DNA of 64,000 nt from Gammaproteobacteria bacterium (GTDB lineage: Bacteria > Pseudomonadota > Gammaproteobacteria > Berkiellales > Berkiellaceae), in NCBI GenBank assembly GCA_046348545.1, contig JAXMEB010000006.1:50163-114162 (forward strand), given 5' to 3'. Below the pieces are notes generated by a model, which was given only the letters and a program-made list of their open reading frames with translations, was not told the origin of the DNA and made no database searches. Shown here one piece after another: positions 1 through 8,798 of this stretch. Position 1 is the first letter of the stretch; the number at the start of each line of letters is the position of its first letter. A program made the translations under genes and the position numbers.

Positions 1-1
1 A

Positions 2-337
2 TTTGAAAATGATAAATGCCCATTTTTCATACTTGAAGACAGATGGTATATTAAGAAAAGTTTTATTGAGATAAGCCCTCATTGGAAATGTTGTGCGGAT
101 GCGCTAATGAATACCAATGGAAGCATGTTTGTGCTAGGGGTTTCATTTGCAAATGATGAACACATTATTGAATATTTGAGCAAAAGTAAATTTGATCATA
201 TCTATATATGCTATTTGCTCGAACCGCCAGATATTGCAGAAAAATGTGGTGTTATTGGTATAGACCCTGCTGAATTAGAAAAGAAAATAATATATGTTAA
301 GATCGATCAAAACGTCATTTGGGAAAGTACTACTTAA
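2..337 (+). CDS. hypothetical protein (5' end outside window)
   Basis: Frame is open from the window edge to TAA 335-337. Track ORF 107..337 is the Met-initiated part. It stops 2 nt before the IS inverted repeat. No recognisable motif. Confidence 0.3.
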   Translation, partial: FENDKCPFFILEDRWYIKKSFIEISPHWKCCADALMNTNGSMFVLGVSFANDEHIIEYLSKSKFDHIYICYLLEPPDIAEKCGVIGIDPAELEKKIIYVKIDQNVIWESTT

Positions 338-339
338 TT

Positions 340-1568
340 CTCTGTACAGGACAAAACTATTTAGTTGGAAGGTCTACTTTTCTAGTAACTCGCTGAAATA
401 AAAACAAAAAGTGTATAATCTCGATTGTCAAAAAAAGAGGTGTACACAATGTTTTCAATCAGCGAGTTAAAGGCCATTCTAAAGCCATATTTCAAAATCG
501 ACAATAGACGTCTCGACTGTTTAACCCAAATTTTAGTTGCCCTTATCACCGTCCGAACGGTTAATCTCGTCGAATTAGCACAAGCGATGATTACCGGTGG
601 TGCTTTTGAAGCCCGCTACAAGCGCATAAGACGATTTTTAAAAGAATTTAATGCTTTCAGTTTTGAGACGCTTTCAAAATTTATTGCACAATATTTTTTG
701 CCAAACAATTCAAAATGGCAACTAAGTATGGACAGAACCAACTGGCAATGGGGCAAGGTTGATATTAATATATTGATGATTTCGGTAGTGTGTGGTTCTG
801 TCGCCATACCGCTTATATGGAAATTTCTTCCCAAAAAGGGCAATTCAAATCTTGAAGAACGAGTGACTGTTGTAGAAAAATTCATTCACATTTTTGGGAA
901 CAGCATCATAGCTGATCTGGTTGCAGACAGGGAATTTGTCAGTGGTGAATGGTTCAAATGGCTGCTAGAAAAACAGATACCATTTACAATTCGGATCAAG
1001 AAAAATGCATTAGTAGATAGTTCAAAAGGTAATAACCTTCATGTACGCCGCTTATTTATCAATTTAAGGCCAGGGCAAACCCGATACTTGTGCAATAGGA
1101 AGGATATTTTTGGCGTGAATTTATGGCTAGCAGCCACGCGTGCAGAAGATGGTGAGTGGGTCATCGTAGCAAGCACTCACGAACCTGAGCATGCCTTGAT
1201 GAGGTACAAAAAAAGATGGAACATAGAAACCCTGTTTGGTTTTTTAAAATCGAAAGGCTTCAACTTTGAAGACACGCATGTTACTTTACCTGAACGCTTG
1301 CATAATTTATTGTCGGTATTAACAATTGCTTTTTGCTTTGCTTACAAGGTGGGACAAATTATTGCAAAAGAGCAACCGATTAAAACCAAGAAGCATGGTC
1401 GATTAGAAAAAGTGTATTGAGACTCGGATTAGATTTTCTTCGTGAGCAATTTTTTAACATTGAGCGCTCGGTTGGTGGCTTCATAGGAAAAATAGCCTCA
1501 ATTTTCAGTAAATACAGTTTCATTGATCTGGTCTTTTCAAGGAGCTAAGTGATTTGTCCGGTACAGAG
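340..1568 (+). mobile_element. IS4-family insertion sequence (about 1.23 kb)
   Basis: Terminal inverted repeats CTCTGTACAGGACAAA (340-355) and TTTGTCCGGTACAGAG (1553-1568), 15/16 match, bracket a DDE transposase gene. No direct target duplication is visible in the flanks. Confidence 0.8.
449..1548 (+). pseudogene. IS4-family DDE transposase interrupted by a 1-nt frameshift in an A-run
   Basis: Track ORF 425..1420 carries ..YKKRWNIETLFGFLKSKGF.., an IS4-type motif. Likely ATG at 449 after AAAGAGG. The ORF stops at 1418-1420, but the expected C-terminus (SVLRLGLDFLREQFFN...SRS*) continues in the next frame to 1548. The shift maps to the A5 run at 1407-1411. Confidence 0.8.
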
Positions 1569-2344
1569 GTAAGACCAATTTTTAATTTTTTGCATGTCCT
1601 CTAATGTTTTGATTTCTTTTTTGATTTTTCTAATGCGTATTTTACAGCAATATTCAATTTTTCCGTATGATTTTTGTTCAGATTGATGATGCTCTATAAT
1701 TTTATGGATTAATTCTTTTTGCAAACTAGACGGGATATCATTTAGAATGAGTGCGCTATTTGATTTGCAATCGTATCCTAAAATGATACAGATTTTATTA
1801 GGATCAGATAAACATAAGTATCAGATATATATCTTTCAAGTGCATCTGGCATTGGCGCGCTATTTTTTAAAAAGCGCTCAATATCAGAAAAAATAAGCTG
1901 AAAATTTTGAATCACGTTTGGATTGAGTATTTGTACAATCATAAAGGATCCAAGAACAACAAATAACAGGGTATCATTTGTTATCACATTGTGATTACAA
2001 ATGACACATTGTCATTTGGGGTTCGATACTTCTGGATGCTGTTTCTGACAGGGTATACTATACTAATCTAGAGGATGTCTTTATTTGTAGATATGTTTTT
2101 GAGATGCAATTAAAAAAAGCCTGAAAAGGGTGCTTTAAATCAACAGAAGAAGAAAAGTTATTCTTTTACTGCGCGTGTTTAATATCAATCACTATAAATT
2201 TTCTTTGAGCGCATTGATGAAAAACTAAGAGATTTGTTGAGCAAAATCTATCTTTGTAAAAGGTGATAAGTTCCTTTCAGCTCAAGCCTCAAAAGTTGTA
2301 GCAAGCGCCATAATCAACCCGCCTGAATTGACATCCTCCGCAGC

Positions 2345-3420
2345 CTAAAGGCTGTGGATTCCTCCGGCGAGGCGCTGATGCCCCAGCGCGAGAATGTTTT
2401 TGGCCGCATTGATGTCGCGGTCGTGTAGCTCACCACAGCTCCCACAAGTCCATTCTCTTATTCCAAGCCCTGCGATACCTTTCGGCCGCTCCGGCGGTCT
2501 ATCACCGCACGAAGAACAGGTTTGGGTAGTGTACTTTTCATCTATTTCTTGAAAAACCACACCTGCGCCAGCGCATTTGTATTCCAGCATAGTTTTTAGC
2601 ATATGCCAGCCTGCATCCAGTACAGACTTGGCCATTTTAGTTTGAGTTAAAGGTTGGCTTTTTACATTGCCAACAAAGATGATTGCATTTTCCTGAATTA
2701 ATTTAGTTGAAAATTTATGCAAAGCATCTTTTCTTCTGTTTCTTATTTTTGCATGAATTGCTTTAACGCGAGTAGATTTATTAGCTCGCTGCGCAATCTT
2801 TAGTTTCTCTTCTAATTCTTTGTAGTGGCGCCGGTTCTCTAAGCGCTCTCCCATGGAGGTGACAGCCACATCTTTCAACCCCAAATCTATCCCAATTGCT
2901 TTAGTGCCCGTTGAAGCCTCAATATTAATCTTCACGACAACATTGAAATACCAGCGACCTCTCGCATCTTGGCTAAAATTACCGGCTCGGAATTCAAACT
3001 GGCTCAGACCATAACTGTCCCACACTCTAAAATACTGACCTGCATATTTGATACAACCATTTTTATAAGTTGCAGCCCCTTTCTTGAAAGGAATCCAACC
3101 TAAAGAGCGTTTGCTTCCTTTTGATGCTCGCCAGCAAAGCTTACTTTTTTGAATTGCCGACGTCTTGTGGCGTGCTCTTCCGCAATTTGTTGGATGCACG
3201 TACTATCAATTGAAAAAAACTCAGAGCTACCTTTTAGGTATTTTTGAACATCAAAGCCAGAAGGCCATTGCTTTCTATCTCGCCACATCCGATAGGTCAA
3301 ATCATTGCAATAATTCCAAACAAAATTAACATCACGCGCCATCCGTGTGAGTAGCGCCCCATGCTTGTCTCGAATCCTTAATCGCAATGTTCTTGTTTGT
3401 TCCACTCGAAGATTATACAA
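2345..3420 (-). pseudogene. tnpB: TnpB (IS605 OrfB-type RNA-guided nuclease homologue), frameshifted
   Basis: Two overlapping same-strand track ORFs: 3100..3420 (N-terminal part) and 2345..3199 (C-terminal part with zinc-finger TQTCSSCG...WTCGSCG). They join as ..RRRQFKK-SKLCWRASKGSKRSLGWIPF.. if one A is added to the A6 run (T6 on the plus strand, 3145-3150). Confidence 0.85.
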
Positions 3421-3427
3421 TTGGTCA

Positions 3428-3841
3428 ATGAGTGAATCAACAACATACAGAACAGGTAGACATTGCGTTTTTCAATTGCATGCGCATTTGGTCTTCGTCA
3501 CGAAGTATCGATACAAAGTGCTCCAACGATATATGTTTCCAACCTTAAAAGCCGTATTTGAAAAAGTTTGCAATGATTTTGAAGCTCAATTGGTAGAATG
3601 TGACGGAGAGGAAGACCATGTTCATCTGCTCGTCAACTATCCGCCTAAAACATCTTTATCCAAATTAGTTAATAGTCTCAAGGGTGTTTCGAGCAGAAAG
3701 TTAAAATTACATCATCCAGAAGTCGCAAATCGGTATTTTAAATCAGCGCTTTGGAGTGCAAGCTACTTTGCCGCAAGTTGTGGTGGTGCGCCACTTGATG
3801 TCATTAAACAATATGTTCGACAACAGCAAGCGCCTATCTAG
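3428..3841 (+). CDS. tnpA: IS200/IS605-family Y1 (HUH) transposase TnpA
   Basis: MSESTTYRTGRHCVFQLHAHLVFVTKYRY.. with HUH motif (DHVHLLV) and a Tyr region (ALWSASYFAASCGG). Track ORF 3347..3841 trimmed to the Met at 3428. Confidence 0.9.
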   Translation: MSESTTYRTGRHCVFQLHAHLVFVTKYRYKVLQRYMFPTLKAVFEKVCNDFEAQLVECDGEEDHVHLLVNYPPKTSLSKLVNSLKGVSSRKLKLHHPEVANRYFKSALWSASYFAASCGGAPLDVIKQYVRQQQAPI

Positions 3842-4408
3842 TCGTCCTGCGGACGACGCGCTTTCATCACCGCACTAAAAGTACGGTGCCTTTCGCGCAA
3901 GTTGGTAAATGCAAAACTTAAAGCGCTTTTTAGTGGTAAAAAAAATTCGGCTGAACCTAAATAACCGATAATGTCTATTTTCGAGATCGTCTGACACAGT
4001 CACGCCTCCAGACCTATCTAAACCCTCTTGCTCGCAATAAAAGCTCTTTGAGAATAAAAATAGAAATTTGAAACCTGTCAGAAAGCCTATTATATTTTTT
4101 TGCTTTCTTGACCACAAAATAAATTATGCATATAAAAACAAATATAAATGAAAATAGATAATATATATTTAAAGCTTCAGAGATATCCATTTTAAATATT
4201 AATCCCATAATACGCTTTAATCACCGAGGGTGGCAGGCCATATGGGAAAACGGTGCTCGTGGCACCTGGTGGAAGCGCTTTCTTGCTGCTTTGAATTAGT
4301 TTTTCAAGAGGATGAAGATCGCGTTCCTCAGGAAAATATTTATTTAATATATGACCAATGAGACATACGACCACATAAAGACCGTTTTTTGTTGTTCTAA
4401 ATGCCCAT

Positions 4409-5005
4409 TTAATTTTGGAGGAGTTCTTTGTTGATTTTTGAACCATATTCATATGACATCCAGTCTGTGTTAATTGCACCAGCGGCTGTTTTTAAGCCTC
4501 TGCTCTGAACATGACCATTTTCAGCGGCATTTTGGAGAGCGTAGCCTTTAAAACGCGGCTCAATCACATCGCTGCATCGGTCTAGCAAGGTGGTGACGAT
4601 GGCCGCATGACCATTTTTAGCGGCATCTGAGAGAGTCTCGCCTTTAGTGTACGGATAAATCACATCACCGCATCGGTCTAACAAGGTGGTGACGATGGCC
4701 GCATGACCATTTCTAGCGGCATTTCGGAGCGCATTATGTTTTTCATCCTCAGAAATGTTGTTTTGATAATGCTCTAGCAGTTTCAGTAGAATTCCAGGGT
4801 TATGAAGTTCTATCGCTAAAGAAAATGGGGGTATTGTGTTAGCGTCAGAGTTTTTGATGGTGCTGTATGCGGGGATGATATAACCCGAGAGCAAGCTCCC
4901 AACCTTATCTTCATCACCATCTTTAATGGCTTGATATAAAAGAGGGCCTTTGTTATTAATCAAATTAAAAGTAAAAGCATTGAGAAGGCCGCGCAACATC
5001 ACCAA
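4409..5005 (-). CDS. ankyrin-repeat protein, probably the intact part of a decaying gene
   Basis: Repeated ..AA(R/K/E)NGHAAIVTTLLDRC.. 33-aa units match the ankyrin consensus. Two units are near-identical at DNA level (roughly 4560-4660 vs 4660-4760). A chain of overlapping short ORFs follows on the same strand (4192..4479, 4014..4208, 3875..4117). Confidence 0.7.
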   Translation of the reverse strand: MVMLRGLLNAFTFNLINNKGPLLYQAIKDGDEDKVGSLLSGYIIPAYSTIKNSDANTIPPFSLAIELHNPGILLKLLEHYQNNISEDEKHNALRNAARNGHAAIVTTLLDRCGDVIYPYTKGETLSDAAKNGHAAIVTTLLDRCSDVIEPRFKGYALQNAAENGHVQSRGLKTAAGAINTDWMSYEYGSKINKELLQN

Positions 5006-5225
5006 CCCTTCTTTATAAAGCTATGAAAGTTGCAATTCTAACAAATCTCCAGGGGGTGAAGTAAAGCATATCCAGCGTCGCGCCTTCTGAGCGGCGCTGT
5101 GGAGCGATGAAAGGGGTTAAGGGTGGTTCAACGCTGGGTAAAATAATGGGAAAAGAGAAAGCATCCTTGCTTCCATTCAAAGACTTTATGCCGCTGAGAA
5201 GGAAATTTCTGGTTTTAATCCAGAG

Positions 5226-5606
5226 CATAAGCAACAAATCAGGTGCTTAAAATCAAAACCGATACTAAAAGAATTCAAAATGTGGCTTAAATGCCAACTG
5301 AAAGAGCTGCTCCCGCAAAGCATGTTAGTTAAGGCCATAAACTATATGTTACGATTTTGGAGCGAGCTTGAAATCTATTGTAACTATGGGTATCTCGATA
5401 TCGATAACAACGCAGCCGAACGCGCCATGAGACCTGTTGCGTTGGGTCGCAAAAATTGGTTGTTTGCAGGCTCAGATGAAGGTGGAAAAACGGCAGCGAC
5501 CATGCTGAGCCTCATTTAAACTGCAAAGCAGCGTGGCCTCAACGTAATTTCGTATATTAGTGATTTGCTAAAGGAAGAAAATTATGGTGGGATGGTCGGT
5601 TGCTAA
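5226..5606 (+). pseudogene. IS66-family transposase, C-terminal fragment with internal stop
   Basis: ..[59 protein letters not shown].. is the conserved IS66 Tnp C-terminal region. The N-terminal ~75% is absent and an in-frame TAA sits at 5517-5519. Confidence 0.8.
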
Positions 5607-5655
5607 TTTTCATTGAGACTGGGCATGCAATTGCCCCGTCTCAATGCTGCTCAGT

Positions 5656-6033
5656 CTAGGGTGATGGGGGGCTGCGTTTTGGTAGGTCATTTAAGGGAAG
5701 GTCATTAAACCCAGAAGACTGTTTTGGTTCTGATAATTCACTAGCAGCAGAGTTACGATAAGAATCATAACTTGGAAAACAACCTTTGAAATTGGCTACT
5801 GGATGCATTCTTGTTAGAGAAATCACTTCATTTTCAGTTTTTTGTGAATAGGAGGGTGCGCAACCATGATTTGTGGGTTCTGAACTTGGATTGGGCAAGT
5901 TGAACTGTTTAATATACTCCTTAAACCCTTCTGTAAGATCTGCTTCATTTTCAAAGTAAATCCACTCTCTGGCATTTTTTTCTTTATCGTTAATACAAAT
6001 AAAAAAATCTGTTTTTGTGGCAGTCGTCTTCAT
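5656..6033 (-). CDS. hypothetical protein
   Basis: 125-aa track ORF with no recognisable motif. It lies between two IS66 3'-end remnants. Confidence 0.35.
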   Translation of the reverse strand: MKTTATKTDFFICINDKEKNAREWIYFENEADLTEGFKEYIKQFNLPNPSSEPTNHGCAPSYSQKTENEVISLTRMHPVANFKGCFPSYDSYRNSAASELSEPKQSSGFNDLPLNDLPKRSPPSP

Positions 6034-6596
6034 CTAATCTCCCTATGTAATATTTATAAATCGTCATAATCCAGAACCTCAGAAAGTATACATAAAGAGC
6101 AATTTTAAAAATAGAGTCTGTCCTGGTCCAAAAAGTAGCGTCTTAATGTTTAAAGCTGACAGGAGATTGCTTAAGCAGGAAAAGTGTGGTGAAATGCTCG
6201 GCTGCTAATTTTCCGGACGGTTACAAACTAAGATAACTCTATTCCTGGGAATGCCTATTCGCAGGAATTGGGTGTGATACTTACAGTATTTAATTTCATG
6301 AAGGAAGTTACCAAATTTGCGCGAAAGGCGCATATTTTCTGTTAAAGCGATAAAGGTTGTGGGTAACACTAAGCAAGAGGTATGATGCGCGTGCGAGGGA
6401 TGGAGGGCGTGAGGCCATGCATCAGCCTAGTTATCCATTTAACCAAATCTAGATGTGCTTAATTGTGCGATGAGGCTCTAAGCGAAAAAGGCTTTTAAAT
6501 CCAGTCTGTTATACTATAATTCAATTAACAATAGCCGCCACGCCTATGCCTCTTGGTAAGCGTAAACCTTGGTGGCTTTTTTTTATCTACGCGGAT

Positions 6597-7604
6597 TCAA
6601 ACACGAAGTGCAACACCCCGCTTTTCACATGATTTACTAAACACTTCAATTGGTGTCTTATAACCTAAGCATTTTCGTGGGCGGTTATTAAGTTTTGTTT
6701 CGACTTTATGTAAATCATTGGCGCTGATCTTATCAAATCGAATTTTTTTAGGAAAGTATTGCCTGACCAGACCATTAGTGTTTTCATTCAACCCTCGTTC
6801 CCATGAATGATATGGCTTAGCAAAATAACACGGTGCGCCCAGAACCTGCATGATAGCCTCATGAGCTGAGAATTCTTTACCATTGTCGAATGTGATTGTA
6901 CGAACAATCTGTTCCAATGATTCGAAGCGAGGATACTCCTCAAGCAAACGATCAAAGCGTTCAGAAAGTGCATTGTTTACTGCCTCTGATGTTTTACTTT
7001 TAAGGTTAACAATTAAGCTAAGTTTTGATTTTCTATCGACTAAAGTTAGAATCGCGCCTTGATGATTTGCGCCAATAACCGTATCCCCCTCCCAGTCTCC
7101 CAGGCGCTCTTTACGTTCAACGGCAACAGGCCTTTCATCAATGTCGACACGATTAGGAATACACCCCCTACCAGCCTTACCAGAACCGCGCCTGTTGTAT
7201 TTTTTCCCGGCATGCCTTAGATGAGTATAGAGCGTTCCACCTTGGTGCTTATCATCCCATACATGCAGATATATTGATTCGTGACTTATTTCAACACCGG
7301 CCCTGCCAAGCCACCCAGAGATTTGCTCTGGGCTCCAATCCAGAAGAAGTTTTTCCCGGATCACTTCAAGCAGTTCATCTTTCATTTTTTTACGCTCGCT
7401 GCTTGCAACATGACGCCGGGCATCAGCTTTCTCTTGGGCTTGTTTAGGTCTGTAACCTCTGCCACCTGAGTTCCTTGAAATTTCTCGGCTGATCGTTGAG
7501 CGGGATTTGTTTAGCTGAACGGCTATTTGTTTTTGTGTCGCTCCAATTGACAGCAATGCATAAATTTGAGAACGTTCATCATTGGTCAGGTGACAGTATG
7601 CCAT
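6597..7604 (-). CDS. IS30-family DDE transposase
   Basis: N-terminal HTH (..TQKQIAVQLNKSRSTISREI..) plus ..GDWEGDTV..TFDNGKEF..YHSWERGLNENTNGLVRQYFPK.., which is the IS30 catalytic core. Start taken at Met 12 of the track ORF. Element ends could not be resolved. Confidence 0.9.
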   Translation of the reverse strand: MAYCHLTNDERSQIYALLSIGATQKQIAVQLNKSRSTISREISRNSGGRGYRPKQAQEKADARRHVASSERKKMKDELLEVIREKLLLDWSPEQISGWLGRAGVEISHESIYLHVWDDKHQGGTLYTHLRHAGKKYNRRGSGKAGRGCIPNRVDIDERPVAVERKERLGDWEGDTVIGANHQGAILTLVDRKSKLSLIVNLKSKTSEAVNNALSERFDRLLEEYPRFESLEQIVRTITFDNGKEFSAHEAIMQVLGAPCYFAKPYHSWERGLNENTNGLVRQYFPKKIRFDKISANDLHKVETKLNNRPRKCLGYKTPIEVFSKSCEKRGVALRV

Positions 7605-7710
7605 GTGTCTTTCTCCATGAGTTTTGCAAGAACCCAAGAGAAGTTACACTTAATGCTGTTGGCTGACCACTCGTCTTGTATCCAGCTTCATCTCATTTGT
7701 TTATTAAACT

Positions 7711-7941
7711 TTAACAAATAGAATTAACTAGATAACTTGGTTGCACTTCAGAATTGAATCGGCGAGATCCTAGAACTGCTGCTGCAAGCCAGATAAAGGT
7801 CGGGTCTTCTTTGTATAGTTTTAAGTACGTATTGTTGATAGCTGCATTACGTTTAATACTATCGTTGCCAAATGAGGCCAGGTATTTTTCAGTTTCATCA
7901 ACATTATATTGGAAAGTGAGATGTGCTTGAATGGCGGTCAT
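7711..7941 (-). CDS. hypothetical protein, possibly an N-terminal fragment truncated by the IS30 insertion
   Basis: 76-aa ORF whose ATG overlaps the stop of the upstream ORF (ATGA at 7938-7941). It ends close to the IS30 element. Confidence 0.4.
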   Translation of the reverse strand: MTAIQAHLTFQYNVDETEKYLASFGNDSIKRNAAINNTYLKLYKEDPTFIWLAAAVLGSRRFNSEVQPSYLVNSIC

Positions 7942-8618
7942 TCTTGAACCTTATTTTTAAAGTCGTTGTTTTCAATATAAATACGTATATAGAACTTATT
8001 AAATTTATCCTTGCTTTTGTTGTTATAAACTAGTATCACTAATCTATGTCCACCACATTTCCATCTTTGATAAACTGATACATAGGGTGAATTATAGGGT
8101 AATTGATATGGCATCCAAACACCTTTTTTAGGATCTGCCTCAATAGACCTCCAGCCTAATTGATCAAAAAAATGAACCCATTTATCTAAGATGGGATTAA
8201 CTTCGGAGTCAGTTTTCGATATGCCTGGTAAGAAAGGAGCAAAGTCAATCTCATTCCATACATTTCTATGTTCGTTAAAAGAAATTGAAGCATAATAAGT
8301 TTCATCCGCCACAAACCCACAGGCATCATCGATGAGTCTAAATCGTTTTGGGGCTTGATCGAATAGACCAATATTTAGATGATCAATTTTAGTTGTGCCA
8401 TAAAACAAGGAAACGTTGAATTTAATATTTTGACTAGAATCAGCCAAGATGTCTTCTGCTGTGCTATCAAATTTGACAACAATGCCTGCTTCTGGATCTG
8501 GGTCACCGGGAATGGGCTTTCTGGGTGGATCAATTGGGTGTGTAAGATTCGTAAATCCTGTAACCAAAATGCTCAAGATGAGAATAGCGACAGATATGAT
8601 TGATTTTCTATACTGCAT
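7938..8618 (-). CDS. hypothetical exported/membrane-anchored protein
   Basis: Start chosen at MQYRKSIISVAILILSILVTG (hydrophobic signal/anchor) preceded by AAGGA. No recognisable domain. Confidence 0.5.
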   Translation of the reverse strand: MQYRKSIISVAILILSILVTGFTNLTHPIDPPRKPIPGDPDPEAGIVVKFDSTAEDILADSSQNIKFNVSLFYGTTKIDHLNIGLFDQAPKRFRLIDDACGFVADETYYASISFNEHRNVWNEIDFAPFLPGISKTDSEVNPILDKWVHFFDQLGWRSIEADPKKGVWMPYQLPYNSPYVSVYQRWKCGGHRLVILVYNNKSKDKFNKFYIRIYIENNDFKNKVQE

Positions 8619-8718
8619 ACAATATATCCTTTTTTGCTTGCGCTTAAATTTTAGCATGCAGAATAGCTATTTTGAATTGAGTTGTTAGAGGCATTGTTTC
8701 AATACCTCTAATTGAGAT

Positions 8719-8795
8719 TGGTCGGGGTGACAGGATTTGAACCTACGACCCCTGCGTCCCGAACGCAGTGCTCTACCAGGCTGAGCTACACCCCG
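8719..8795 (-). tRNA. tRNA-Pro (anticodon CGG), CCA encoded
   Basis: The reverse complement folds as a cloverleaf: acceptor CGGGGTG/CACCCCG, anticodon stem CTGCG/CGCAG, loop TTCGGGA, T-loop TTCAAAT, 3' ACCA. Confidence 0.95.
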
Positions 8796-8798
8796 AGG

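Larger units (their letters stand above)
2270..3905. mobile_element. IS200/IS605-family element with divergent tnpA and tnpB (boundaries approximate)
   Basis: The Y1 transposase and TnpB genes start 7 bp apart on opposite strands. Subterminal hairpins lie at both ends: CCGCAGCC-TAAA-GGCTGTGG 2338-2357, GTCGTCC-TGC-GGACGAC 3841-3857, CACCGCAC-TAAAA-GTACGGTG 3868-3888. Confidence 0.7.

Noticed and set aside
3875-4208. Short ORFs 3875..4117 and 4014..4208 as independent genes
   Set aside because: They are AT-rich and low-complexity, overlap each other and the preceding ORF in different frames, and are better explained as debris of the ankyrin-repeat gene.
6540-7700. Terminal inverted repeats of the IS30 element
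   Set aside because: I found only short permuted matches (CTCTTGG and TAAG(T/C)GTAA(A)C near both ends, but in the wrong relative order for true IRs). The element boundaries therefore remain undefined.
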